NCBI RefSeq assembly: GCF_003704095.1 | Contig: NW_020846166.1 | Location: forward strand, 124,001-188,000 | DNA from: Pocillopora damicornis | Lineage: Eukaryota | Length of the DNA: 64,000 nucleotides | Direction of reading: 5' to 3' | Part shown: piece after piece, positions 13,901 to 26,092 of the stretch | Layout of the letters: each line of letters starts with the position of its first letter | Position numbering within the stretch: position 1 is the stretch's first letter | Position numbers and translations under genes: made by a program | The notes under the pieces: model-generated | What the model saw: the letters and a program-made list of their open reading frames with translations, nothing else | The model's database searches: none | Told to the model about the DNA's origin: nothing

Positions 13901-16900
13901 TGTGGCCTCTGCTAAACTCCACTTATCCCATGTTGAACATTTCTGCAACCATCACCAAATGGTTGCAAATTCGTTTCGATGGATAAATGTTGAATGCGAT
14001 ATAAAACATAGGCAAATCCACGAAAAATTAAAACGTAAGATATAAACACGTCATTGAAAACTTTGAATCGTAAGCGCCACCAAAATCATAAAAAAGGAAA
14101 AATGCACACGAAAGGAAGTTCTTTGATCTGAAAAAATGAAAACTATTTTCTGTTTTCCAGTCCCTACTGCAAGGCCGAGTTAGTTGAAGGGCTTTCTGTC
14201 CGCCTACGAAGCCCTCTTAGAACTGGCTGGGCCTCTCAGAGACTCGATTATTTTTCTTTTCCTCGCCTGTGAGAATTGGTTGACATATTTCTTAATTTTG
14301 TTTTCATTGGTTTTCTAGTTTCACCTAGATGTGCTGTGGTGATATTGCGGGCTTTAGAGGGAAGCCCAAACCCTTTTGAAGTCACGCGTACGGTCCAAAT
14401 TGTGTACGTGGTACCAGGTTGTAGTTTTGATATTTTAACTTCTGATTGGTTATCATTCACTATGACAGAGCGTGTAATGTTATCAGCGGCTTTGTAAGTG
14501 ACCCTTAGTCCCCAGTTCTCTATCATCTGTTGTATTCTCTCAGATGACCATGACACATGAAGCACCGTTGACCCTCCTACGGTGACGTTTATTTTCCTGG
14601 GCGGCTTTCCTGGAACTGGAAGAGGAAATGATCGTCTTGTTATTTATTGATGCAATCACCTATTTAACGCTGTATAATTATCAAAAAACATGGAAATTTA
14701 TAGTAATTTTCCTCACCAATTGAAACTTGCTTTGTAATGGGCTAATGAGACTTTTCTTGATATTTAACTTACTTGTATCATTGATGACACTTATTGGCAT
14801 TGACCCTAAGCGTTCATTTTCGGAGAGGAAACTGTAAAAATAGTTCGTATGACGGATGTGGAACTGCTCTGAAAACGTTAGACGAATATCTGCGGAAACC
14901 AGGCCACTTGAATTCCTATTCAGGAAGAAAAAGAGAAAAAATTTTTCTTGAATTAACATATTCAACCTGGTTAAAATGATATCTCAACAAAATGAATGAG
15001 GATGTAGGTAGAATGATATAATGATGGCGCCCTTGATACTAATTTATAGTCGTTAAATTTTTCTATCTTAGCGAAAATTTGTAGTTTTGTTTTCTTTTAT
15101 TTTTGACAATAACCCATTGGGTAATGCATTTATTAAGTTAATTGTTTTCGTTTAAAAAATATATATAAATAAAAAATTAAATACTCTTAAAGAACAAACG
15201 GAAACAATTATACAATCATGCTTTTCCTTGGATTGAAAAAGAATAAATATTCGCGAAACCTCTCAGGGAGAGAAATATACCTTTTTTTTTTTACTAAGGT
15301 TCATATTTTGTAATCATTTGATATCTTTTACCTTAGTTGAAGAACTAATACTTGCAGAATGGAAGAAGCATTGCCCAAAGTCAGCAAGACCTGCAACCCA
15401 AGAAAGAGATTTACGAAAAACATATTCATTCAATGAGTTAGTCACGATTATGAATCACATATTTTACCATTGAAAAAATCTTTAAAATTGTAGATAAACA
15501 AGAGGCGAGATAAGAAATGTCAGCTTAGCGCTAAATTAAAGGTATCTAATTTTTTATCTTACTGTTAAAAAGACGTCTTACACATACACCGCATAGGCTT
15601 GTATCAACACACCTGAACTGACGAAATTTTGATTTAAATCAATAGTAAATAGCTCAGTTTTTATTCTTTGGACAGTTCTAGACGTTTTGCAGCTTATTTG
15701 CACAGCTTACTGTTTAAAAACATGTGCATGAAATAACTTACGTTTTGCTTCACGGTAGAAGATATGTCCATGAACATATCACTGCTTCTGTTTTCATAAC
15801 AAACTCTCCAAGACTCATTTTTCAGTAGCAGCTTTACTTGAAAATATAGATTATTGCTTCCTAGAATTTAATTTCGTTGTTAGCGTTAGAAGTAATCTAT
15901 TTCTTTGCTATAACATAGTTTAACGAAGTATCAGGCTTATTTTTGACAGCACGACCTACATGTATAAATATTTCAGGAGGAGGTAACCCTTTTAGTTTGG
16001 AAAACGTTGCAAAGCAATCCATTCTTTGTTTACATACTTTAGAGTTGGAAGGAATCTTTACTCCTCTCTTTGGGAAAAGTAAGTCTACGTTCACGACACA
16101 GACTTTTAAATTTCATCACAAGTTTTTGTTTTATTTGATTGATGCAATTTTTTGTGTAATGAAACAAAAGATTCGTTGAATTTCATAAACACATGATAAC
16201 TGTGGTAGTTAACTTGTGAAAGCAAAGGTGAAGTAAATAGCTGTACAGGAGGACCTTCAATGTACTAGCAGCCCTGAAATCTTAGACATTAAGCAGGAAA
16301 AATGAACTTTTTCTGTGATGAAACAAAAGATTGTTGAATTTCACAAACACGTAGTAACTGTGGACGTAGGCTTGTGAAAGTGAAATGGAAGGAAATAGCC
16401 GTATAGGTAGATATATAACCTTACTAGCACTCCTAGAAGCTCCCAGTATATTACGGAGGAAAAATTATCTTACCGTTCTTTAACTTAGGTGTATCCTGAA
16501 AAGTCGCTACTGTGCTGGTAAGAGACGCGATTTGAGAAGCTGTGGATGGTCGAATGAAGCTTGTAGACAAAGAAGTCGAGGAGAGAACCGCTATACAGGA
16601 CATTGTCTCATTTGGGCCTAGGAAATATGCAAATTATATACAGTAGACATTTGGGATCGGGCGAGTACAACACTAATAGGCCAAGAGAATTCCTTTTCAA
16701 TTGCCAAAATCATTTTCGACTTTTTCTCCTTTCACCCTCCTTCTTCTTTCGTAATCAGATTTTGCGTTTTTTTAGAAAGAGATATGATGGGTAAGCTCCT
16801 TTTTTTTTTTTTTTTTATCAAAAACTAGGGGCCAACTGCTAGATATACCAAATCACACGCGAAATTGAAACTTTGGGTTAAGGTTTGAAGTGTCGCGAGA

Positions 16901-17794
16901 AATAGATTTTTTCCTTTTAGCGACGCCGGTCAGAAGTGTACAATAAGTAAAATGAACTTATTAACCAACGTTAAGTAAGCACCGTCCTTTGGAATCGGAG
17001 AAAAGTTCTTTGGCACTCACTTTGTAACAATTCTGTGGGATGACTGCATAACCTTTAATTTTTTTTTTGGCAATATGTTTTTTGTAGCTGTACTACCTAA
17101 CAAAAAACAAAAACTACCTTTCAGTTGATAAAAGGATCTTGAGTTATCGATCAGCAGTTCACGATCTTTACAGGAGAGCTTCATCAAAAGACAATCACGT
17201 GTAGCTGTTATGTGTTCAAAGGAACTACAGTTGTAGATATTTTGTCGAGCCACTTGAAGACATAGCTGCGCACACTCCCCGACAGACAACTGCTGAAAAG
17301 ATATTTTGTGGTGACCAGAGAGACGAAGGTCAGGATAAGGAAGAAACTTCGCCAGAGAGTCATTGAGGTTGGATGGTGATGTAGCTTCGTCTGAATAACA
17401 CAGAAGGTCTTCTAAATATTTTAATCAATATTATTATGTAATTCTGTGTTTAATGAATGAATAAATGATACAATTTTGTTGCCATAAATAACAGTCAATT
17501 GTTTCAACGCGCCAAGTCATTGACGATGATACAAGCACGACTTGGTTGCTAGGAAACCAAGTTACCAAGGAATGCAATTTAAAAGAAATTGACAAAAATG
17601 TGATATAAAAAAATAGCATTAATCCATCTCATTATGACTTTGCATTAACGCGAATAGTGAAAACAGTGGTAAAACTACTTAAATGACCCAAGCAAAGCAA
17701 AATTAAATACAGTATATGCAGTAAATAGATTACCTTGAACAAAAAGAACGCAAAACGAATAGAATAAAATGCTCATGCAAAACAAAACTGTCAT
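142..17794 (-). CDS. Large secreted or cell-surface modular protein, 3'-partial: signal peptide - PAN/apple - S/T linker - (SEA-FN3)x4 - FN3x8
   Basis: Hand-spliced exons, phases consistent and no stops: 17734-17794 (MTVLFCMSILFYSFCVLFVQ), 17118-17390 (PAN), 16474-16617 (S/T), SEA1 15742-15860/15332-15390/14773-14915, FN3 14325-14615, SEA2 13509-13627/12926-12984/12307-12449, FN3 11239-11541, SEA3 10797-10906/10629-10687/10023-10165, FN3 9583-9876, SEA4 9212-9321/8608-8669/8159-8295, FN3 7673-7966, 6707-7000, 5780-6076, 4913-5203, 3876-4175, 2596-2898, 1838-2140, 865-1167, 142-453. The last exon ends at a GT donor, so the gene continues left of the window. Confidence 0.9.
471..695. other. Assembly gap (N run) inside an FN3-array intron
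   Basis: Run of N. Confidence 1.
3184..3370 (-). mobile_element. Short Penelope-like (PLE-type) insertion with a 13-bp target site duplication and a minimal hammerhead-like core
   Basis: TATTCTACAAATG is repeated at 3171-3183 and 3371-3383. There is an internal partial inverted repeat. The minus strand reads GCT-CTGACGA-AGGGCTAACGCTC-GAAAC-TTC-AGC. Related copies lie at 3653-3810 and 58022-58195. The PLE assignment is inferred from this structure. Confidence 0.7.
3618..3640. repeat. (GATT)n microsatellite
   Basis: gattgattgattgattgattgat. Confidence 0.85.
3653..3810 (-). repeat. Diverged copy of the 3184-3370 element
   Basis: Shares aaggggt.aagttt.taaagaaactgtggtgct.cgtc...aaattggc...aagctgac.tt..gagcgtta...tcagagc. 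Confidence 0.75.
5425..5575. mobile_element. Palindromic MITE (about 150 bp, long imperfect terminal inverted repeats)
   Basis: Left end CCAGGTCCCGGTTGGTCGAAGGGTGGATAATGCTATCC matches the reverse complement of the right end, CCTGGCCCAGTTGTTCGAAGGGAGGATAACGCTATCC. Confidence 0.75.
8159..9321 (-). CDS. SEA domain 4 (three exons), retains the G-S-V motif
   Basis: VPINLTVRFTSMKWNVNLSNPESDNFNNLSKIIRES / VFVLYGQESSYLRDVRCHRF / TNGSVLADMTIVY; exons 110/62/137 nt. Confidence 0.8.
10023..10906 (-). CDS. SEA domain 3 (three exons)
   Basis: VPINASVRLINKEWTDELLNSTSIFFMNLTKQLQTQ / VAGLYPNEIHLRDIVIHRF / RNYSGEVVVDIVITF; exons 110/59/143 nt. Confidence 0.8.
11640..11765 (-). mobile_element. Degenerate tRNA-derived SINE-like repeat
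   Basis: The minus strand has B-box-like GGGTTTCAATCC followed by the palindromic AGCCTGAATTTTTCAGGCT. The family is recognised from memory of anthozoan repeats. Confidence 0.5.
12307..13627 (-). CDS. SEA domain 2 (three exons)
   Basis: IHFRVLLINVSWETQLGNKSSETFRNLSSFIENS / VRVLHQNDSFYNNVSSVSF / RNYRGETMVSIEALY; exons 119/59/143 nt. Confidence 0.75.
14773..15860 (-). CDS. SEA domain 1 (three exons)
   Basis: LYFQVKLLLKNESWRVCYENRSSDMFMDISSTVKQN / VLLTLGNASSILQVLVLQL / RNSSGLVSADIRLTF; exons 119/59/143 nt, phases 1-0-2-1. Confidence 0.7.
16153..16466. repeat. Diverged tandem duplication, two units of about 160 bp, intronic
   Basis: Both units read atgaaacaaaagatt.gttgaatttca.aaacac...taactgtgg...cttgtgaaag...aaatagc.gta.agg...tactagca...ggaaaaat. 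Confidence 0.8.
17118..17390 (-). CDS. PAN/apple domain exon of the modular protein
   Basis: Phase 1-1 exon of 273 nt: FLPYPDLRLSGHHKISFQQLSVGECAQLCLQVARQNIYNCSSFEHITATRDCLLMKLSC, with the PAN pattern eC-x3-C...CxSF...CxL. Confidence 0.8.
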
Positions 17795-20700
17795 GTGTGA
17801 CCTGTAGACATGTAATGCATTTTTTCTAGGAGAACAACCGTAACAAATAAAAATGTGTGTTTTAGTGAAATTATTAACTTATTCTTATTTTTTTGGTTTT
17901 TTTTGTATCCGACTAGATTCTTGTGTAGAGTCAACGTTAGTGTCATCTGCAGTGGTATGATGCTGAAAACGAGTTTACAATGCTGTCACTAAATTCTAAG
18001 GAGTCGTTTCCAGGCTCCTTTGATAGGTGCTTTGTAGCTCGGACTTGTTATTATCACATGGCCTGTTTTAATAACGTTTTTTTAAAACTAACTGCAATGG
18101 GCTGCTAAGTAACCAGGACATCCAAACTCCTCTTCAAAATATTTTTCCTTTTAAAAGTTTCCTTTTGTTTGAAGAGGATTTCCGGAGGTAGCAATATTTT
18201 AATTTTGTTCACCCGTAAACTAACTCGGTGTAGGTGAGAGGCAATCCAGTATATAATAAACTTACTGTATTTTTATTTTTGAGCTCCTATTTCGGAGGTG
18301 AGGGGGGAAATTGGACCTCGTCCTTCGGGGGGTAGGGAAGGCGGTTGGCAAGGCATTGCCTTGCGTGAATACGTTAATCGCGCATTTTACATTTCCGTGT
18401 GATTATTAAGTCCATGAAGTATTCCTTAAGCCACGGTACAAAATTTCAAGTAAGGTCTCCTTCCAGCTCAGATAAATATTTTGATCTAAGATATAAACTG
18501 ATGAAGACTTAGATGTGGAAATGCATCATTTATATCGAAAGATCTCGAATAACAAAATAATTAGATGATTGCCAACCTTGTAATTCATACGATATTGACG
18601 CTTGAGCGATATTTATTGTCAGTTCGTTCCAATATTCCCTTTGATAAATTTCTTCAGGGGCTTCCTTTGAGAAATCGTTTAACTTGGGTTTGATAGTGTC
18701 AAATCATTTACAAGTATTTTCCACTGAGCAGCATTTAAGACAGGTCTCTCACTGACTTAACCGCACAGGACAGACAGTTAAGTTTTTTTTATCTTCAAAA
18801 TTTGACTTTTTTAATTTGATTCATGTCGTTTACAACGAAAACAAGGTTTAAAAATCAGAACTGTTTCCTCTTTTAACCCCAATTTTAGGTTCAATTAAAC
18901 CTCTGAATTGTATTCCTTGAAAGTATACGAAAGAGCTAGATTCAAATTGTGGTTTCCGTGGTTCATTCACAGAAACAGAGAATGTATACTTTTTGACATG
19001 CAAATCACGCCTACGGCAGGTACCAGGCGATTATAATGAAGAGTGTACTCATTGGAAATCGTTTCAACCTCGAGGCGCCTTAGAAGTAAACAATTATTCC
19101 ATTCCATAGGTTGTGAATGAATTCACAACTTCAAACAACACTAGATTGCCTATTATTATGTGATAAATTAATAATATCAGCGTAGTTTTATTGTGATTTC
19201 GTTTTCTCGCATGAAAAATTGTATTTATACTGAAAAATTACGCACTCTATATAAAAACTTCAATTTCACTTTTTAAACAAAAATCGGCTTTTTATTTTTA
19301 AAACAAACACTATTCGAACGATTTTTGTTTATCCAACTTGCCATATTTATTTTTCTCTTATAAAGAAATCCGTACATCTGTTTTGGCGAAGTTCTTTCCA
19401 ACATTACCTTCATTAGACGATTTCTAATTAAAAAAGCTAGCTTCAGTTCAGGCTACTATGCGACGATCCTAAACCTGGTGTTTTGACAATTTTCAAAAAA
19501 ATATTTACAAAAGGGCGAACAAGACATTATAGAACCTCAAAGAAGAAAAATTAGAACAGCCGAAAAAGTATTATATGCCTTCCTTTCCATTCAGAATAAA
19601 TGCATTATTCACTGGAAGTTGTATCGATTTGGAATTCAATTTGCCTTCTCAACGTCGCAATATCGCAGGTTCCCGCGGCGCGAGAAAGCCCTTCGACAAT
19701 ACCTGTTGGGTATATGTGAGGGAAGAACTCCTTTATTCCGATTTTAGAAAGATTCCTCAATTCTTTCATCAGCAATCCGGCTTAAAAAAGGTAATATATC
19801 CCAGTTCATGCAGCATGCAGCCTTCCGACTAAAAGCCGTACATTTTTACGAGTGTGTTAACTAAAGGGTATTTTGTTACCATTTCAGATTAACAAAATTG
19901 TACAAATCAAAACAATTGCTGAAAAATTATCTCAGAATGAAAACTTACATTCGCAGAGTAAGGACTTTTGCTCCCGGACCAAACTCAAACAAAGGACCAG
20001 ACATAAAATCTGTCGCAAAAGACAAACAAAAGGTATATTTCCTTCAGTTGTGACTCTTCGGACAAACTTAACGATGAGCTGTACACGAACCTGTTTCACC
20101 ATTTGAGGAACAGACATCCTCAATCCATCTGCACTGGTCCGGCAATTCGTTGTGAGAACATTTATGCGCAAATTTATGTGCGCCTTTTTAAATTCCAATT
20201 CAAAGTGTCAATCTGTCGGGCACATTGCACTCTGACTTAAGAGGTTGTCTGCTGAAGCAACATCTACTATGCGGCTCAATTAAATATTTAAGATTATCCT
20301 GAGTCGAATTTTTCCAGTTGTGCATATTGTGTGTACAACCGGGGAGCACAAATTTACCCGCCAGCGAGAAGTACTTTCAAAACATCCTCATCAATCTTCT
20401 TGTGCAACAATACAATTCTTTGGCACCTAAAGCCAAATGCTCCTTTCTCACAAAGATTCTATCGTGCTCACAGTTAGCTGTTTAGTAGCTTCAGACTGTC
20501 AGCTGTTATAAGTATCGGCTGCTTTGTTTACGTTTAAAGGTGGTTTCTGGGGGACTTACAGATGTGTTGTCCATAATTAGTTGATACGATATACCTGTCA
20601 CAAATCTCATTTTTAGGCCCTCAAAATTTGATAACTAAGTGACAGGAGCCGATGGCTTTAAACCTCTGATGTGCTTATGGATACGCGAGAAAAAAAAAAG

Positions 20701-21689
20701 AATTCAGAATGCTAAGAATAAGCACTGATAATTACAATCAGTTACGACACCCAAGAGATTATTTCCTTCAATTTACATATTCCTATTAAAATACAATATA
20801 CAATATTTAATAAACTATACGACAAACCGCTATTTTCCTATTGTTTAGATAAAATGAGGAGACCGATTATTTGAGTTTGAAATATTCTCGTCACGATTTA
20901 CCGACTGTTCAAGCTTGGCGTGCTTACAATGAGATATGGATAAACGCGTGAAGGCTGGAGAGCTCGAGATAAGCGTTAAAAGTTGCTAGAGGCGAAGCCG
21001 AGAGCAATTCTGGCTTCTTGAGCTAGTTTCGTTTTTTAAGAGCTGTGTGTTCATTGTTTTTCGAATCGGGTATTATTTAGCGTATTTACTTTTTGTTTTG
21101 AGCTCTAGAAGGTTTATCTCAACAGGGTTGGAGCGGAAAACAATCTTATAAAATTTAAAACATCGATGCTAACCTGGACGGGAACTTTGCAGCTGAAGTG
21201 AAACTGCACACGTCATGTAATGTTTGTGCAACATTTTATGCGTAGAGACTTACACTAGAATGGCTCATTAGGACTTAGATAAGAATAATAATTCTCCAAA
21301 ACAGATAGATTAGTTATGTGTTCCGGCTTAGTCTCTCCCCTTTGATGTACAGCCTGAGGGCAACTTGTGTGATATCTAAACAGTGGTCATTTGGTTGACG
21401 TTATTTAAGAAAATATTTCTCTGTTGGATGTTAAATAATCTCAGTTGAAAAAATCTGAGAGTCTAGAATTAAAATGAAATAATCGCGCATTCTTTATCTC
21501 TCGTTTCTTATAATCATCTCTCAACATTTTTGCAAAGGATACTTAGTGGGGCTTGTCTGACCCTGCCAAAACTGTTCTTAATTTAGATGGAAATTCTTTG
21601 CTATTTTGGCTATGATGTTATGAGCAACTCAATACTTTTAATTATTGAAGTGTCACGTTTATGAGATAAAAGGAAATGCTGGTCTGTAA

Positions 21690-22165
21690 TTGGGTTTTTC
21701 CCACCCATAAATAAGAATATCGCATTGTTGATAAGTTCTGGTGAGCGAGCAGTTTGACAACGGTTTCGTAGGGAGCTTCTTTACTCTTCCTCTATTCTAC
21801 ATTCATGGAGAATTTTTCTTGAACAGGGATCGATGACTATCTATCGCCNNNNNNNNNNNNNNNNNNNNNNNNNNNNNNNNNNNNNNNNNNNNNNNNNNNN
21901 NNNNNGATTTGCAGTCAATTTCTGTAATCCCCCATTTTTGTTCTGTTTGCGACGACTAACCTGTTCCCCCCGAAAACCATGTGATCGGGGGGATCACCTA
22001 CGACCTGAACCCCCTGCCAAATTCTCCGACCCTCCCAAGGGATAGATAATGACCATTCGTTGATGGGGCTGTGCCCACCCATAAATAAGAAGATTGGATC
22101 GTTACCAAGTTCCGCTGAACGAACAGTTTCACAGTGTTTTTGTAGAGAGCTTCTTTGCCCTCCCG
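21690..22165. repeat. Diverged direct repeat (about 100 bp twice) straddling an N gap
   Basis: cccacccataaataagaa...aagttc...cagttt.aca...gtag.gagcttcttt.c.ct.cc occurs near 21700 and near 22074. Confidence 0.7.
21849..21905. other. Assembly gap (N run)
   Basis: Run of N. Confidence 1.
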
Positions 22166-22374
22166 CTATCACACAGTCGGGAAAATAATTCATGTAGAAT
22201 TTATTTTTGTACGGAAAACCAGGTGCTCAAAATAATGCTTTTAATATTTGCACATGAAATTAAAAAAACTGAAATGAAGACCACATAAAAATTGAATAAC
22301 AAAAAATGATAATGAAATGGAAAAAATAAAAAAAGATACTATCACTTAGAGTGCGCCTTACGTTTTGTTTCGAC

Positions 22375-22440
22375 TTATCCGCAAGAAAGCGATTAATCCG
22401 TTGGATAGCGTTATCTGCCCTTTGAACAACTGAACCTTGG
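22375..22440. repeat. Right-arm fragment of the 5425-5575 MITE family
   Basis: atccgttggatagcgttatctgccctttgaacaactg matches ggatagcgttatcctcccttcgaacaactgg. Confidence 0.6.
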
Positions 22441-25400
22441 CTCTTAAGCGAGGGGAATTTAACTGTACTGAAAAAAGAACTGCATTCACAGTGTGCCTTC
22501 ATTAACTTTGCTTCCTCTTTTTAAGCAACATTACTATTCAGGGAAATTTTTGAAGGGTATCCTTCGATCGGAAGCCATGAGTCCTTCTGCAATCTCTTAC
22601 CAAAATGCATACATAGCATTTTTCGTGTTCGTGAGAAATGTCTTTCTTGTCTTTCCTCTTCAGTTTTAGTTCCAAAGGAACTAACTACATTACACATGTA
22701 GTCATTAAGAATGTCACCGAGGAGTACTTTCGCGGAGCCAATCGGAAAAATTTTAAAATTATGATGATGAACTGAACCTTTAAGTTTAACGTTGTGTAGT
22801 TGAAGATCGCGGGAAATTCTATCCCCTGAAAATATGAATGGCCTTTACATCCACAGGCGATATAAATCATTCGATCAGTTATATTGTAAATCTAATTTGA
22901 AGGCCCTGAAGAAGAAATGTGAGACAAAAAACGACTTTTCGATGCATTTTTGAAAATATCTCCTCCACGTGCGACTCTCCGGTTTTAGAACCGAATAGGG
23001 CTAAACTTTGAGTATACAACCTCAGCAGCGGTGTATCAGCGAGCAAATAGGGTAACCTCACAGACATTTGATTACTTTTGTTGCAATTGGTGAGTGTTTC
23101 GTTGTACTTCTGTATGTGAGTAGTATAGTGGCACAGGTGAACATTACGCATCCATGAAACGGTGACATGTAATTTGTTACCAGAAGATAAATTCCCTCCT
23201 TCATGACGAGAGTATACCAGTGACAGAGTGCGCTTAAACCTGATATCAGAAGAAAACGAAAAAATAAAAGTGAAAAACAACAACAACAAACAAACAAACA
23301 AAAAAATAATAAAAAAACTTAAGTATAGGGAAAATATAATCTTGAATTTTCATTTGTGTTTCTTTGATCATGTGTTTGACTTTGCTCCGAGAACTACCGA
23401 GTTTTCGACAAATTTCATGCCGCCATGCAGTGACGCAAGTTTCCTTGATGAACTCAAGGACAAAACAGTGTCTGGAAAACGATCAAATCAATTTATTCCG
23501 AGTGTTCACCACGAAGAATCAATTGTTTTAAACGGGCGTCTATATACAAACAACATTTTGAAATCTGTTCGCATCAATTCATTTTAATTTTTTTTTTATA
23601 TGTTTATTTTGTTTTTTTTTTGTTAGCAAAACGTGTTGAAAGGAATTGTGTTATTGAAATGGAAACTAACCTAATCAACATGCTTAGTTATATTGTGCTT
23701 TGAGACACTTTGCCTTGTTATCAGCAGCTTTTATCTCAAGCAGCATCGGCTGAAATGTGATAAAATTTGAATTCTGTTATCAAAGATATTTTTTCTATTG
23801 GAACGGTGATGTGCACGCAAAATAAAACAAAAAACGAATTGGTGCATCTTAAAAAATTTACCAGAACAGGTGGAAGTTAATGTACTTGATACAATCCACT
23901 GTATAAAAAACGCAATTTAACCGCTATTATCATCACCTCAATCTTATTTGGACATTTCAAAAATAGCAAGGGAAATTTGGAAGCCTTTGAAAAAATGAAA
24001 TATTTCGTTAAATCCCTCGTCTTCTCAAAAAACGCCCACAAGTTATAAAAACTTGTCGCGAGATCCCGAGAATAAATCCCTACAATTTGTGAGAGAAGCA
24101 TATTTTCAATATTTTTTTTAGGCCGTTGCGGGCGAATGAATTATTAACAACTAAAGTTCTGTAGTTCGTGCAGAAGACTGTTATCTTTATCATGTTCTAT
24201 CGTGATTGGCAGCATGGAACTGTTTTTGTCTTTATGATCCAGGTGATTGTAGCGTGTTATTGTTTAGCTGAGATTTCGGTGGGATGCAACAAAAGATTCT
24301 GTTGTATGCTAACGCTTTCGACAGCAATAACTTAAAAAGTATTCATAAAAGAATTAGGAGTTTCGCTGTTACGCAAGGAACGGTAAGATCATTTTATTTT
24401 ACTACTTTAATAAGTTTCACTTTCGTATGAGGGGAAATGCAAAGCTGTAATATTAATTATGAATTCTCATCTATTTCTGTTGATATCTCACTTTTTCTCC
24501 GTATCGACCTAAAACGTTTCCGTACTTATTTGAAATTGAATTTTCGATGAATGCTTAAAACTGTCAGGATTTTATTACTCTAGAATAGTTTGTAAAGAAA
24601 TCTGGAAATTTCCTTCGTAAACGTACATGTAGCAGTAACTGGTATTGGGTAATATGCATTTCTCTCGTATAAGTACATAGAGTTTACTTTTAATCTCATA
24701 AGTGTACAAAGTAATATATTATTTGGAGAGAAAAGTTTGTCGGTGGTACCGAGTGTGTAATTCAGCTTTGCTCCAATCTACTTTCATTTCTGACTTCAGC
24801 CGAATACTCGAAGCGTTTGACCGTTAATAAGTGTATTGTTAGTAAACAATCCACAAATGAGAAAGTCAAAACGTATCCTATAATTGGCCCAATTTACAAA
24901 TAAAGCTCATCTCAATGCGGATTTAAAAGTGATACTTTTGAAAGACGGTAATGTTTGATCGCAAAACTGCTTAATAAAACTCATCTTCATGGCCTGCTCC
25001 TCGGGAAAATGTTGTTGAAAATGTTCGGTTGTACAGTAATTTTGCTATCCTAATTTCATTTTCCTCTCCATTATTGATGACTTTTCTAGAACGCAATACT
25101 TCAAACGTTTCTTTAAAGAACCATTCCATCATTAAAGGATTTTCATCAGTCGAGCGAGTCCCTACCATGCACTGAAGCTTATCAATAAAAAGTTCGACAT
25201 CTGAACAAACTTTATCGTCACTTGGTTTGCTATTGAAAAGTAAAACCGGTTGGAAACTAGTATACCTGAGTAAGAACTGCATCACACAGTTTGCATTTCA
25301 TATTCTTTCACGTACCCGAGTAACGTTGAAAGTTTGAGTGCCAAAGAAACAGTGGCGATTATTCCAAGCTTTACGACGTTTCCCCTTCTAAACGAAGAAA

Positions 25401-26092
25401 TCAGAAGTATGAAAATTAACTTGAAATTTCTAAAAATTTTTTCGTCAAGATCTATGTTTTTTTTTCAACTATATCAGTCAGTTTTATATGCATTAATTGG
25501 AACAGAAAAGTACTCTGATTGCAGTCAAATTAGTTTTAAATCTTATTAACACGCAGTGGAGTTCTCCGTAAATTTTTCATGCTTTAAGGGAAAGCCTGAT
25601 GATTTCTTCCTTATACTTAAAGACACTTGGTAGACAAAATCGGGGCGCAGTTTCAATCTTACAAGTTATTTCCATTTAGTTGAACAAGAGGAACAAAAGT
25701 TTCTCTTTGTTATACACACTTCAATGTGGGAAAAGTGAAGTGTATCTTTGTGAGAAGGAATGTCATTCCAATTTTGAATCTAATTTGTTATCGTTTTTTC
25801 AATTATTTCAGAAAATTTCAAGGCGTACACCTCGGTTTGTTGGATGATTATAGAGTCTTTATTAAGGAACTTGCTCTTTGATAATTGATTAAGCAGCAAG
25901 AGGTAAAGTCATTTGAGGTTACAGAGAAACCATATGACACACCTTACTATGCAGAATCGAGCTTTATAGGTCTTGTACACAAACAGGGTGGACATATGAA
26001 TGATCACCTTTAGCTCTCGTAGCAGGTGAGACCCATGACTTGTAGCTCGTTCACTTTTAGCTCTCCTTCCTAGATATTATATACCTGTTATA

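Noticed and set aside
142-14615. Naming the FN3 gene as Sidekick, Dscam or PTPRQ
   Set aside because: No Ig domains are present, no phosphatase domain is visible, and PAN/SEA modules do not belong to those architectures. FN3 similarity alone is not diagnostic.
22879-23301. 140-aa minus-strand ORF with a hydrophobic N-terminus
   Set aside because: The apparent signal peptide is a translated T-rich pyrimidine tract. No domain is recognisable; at most this is a non-coding exon.
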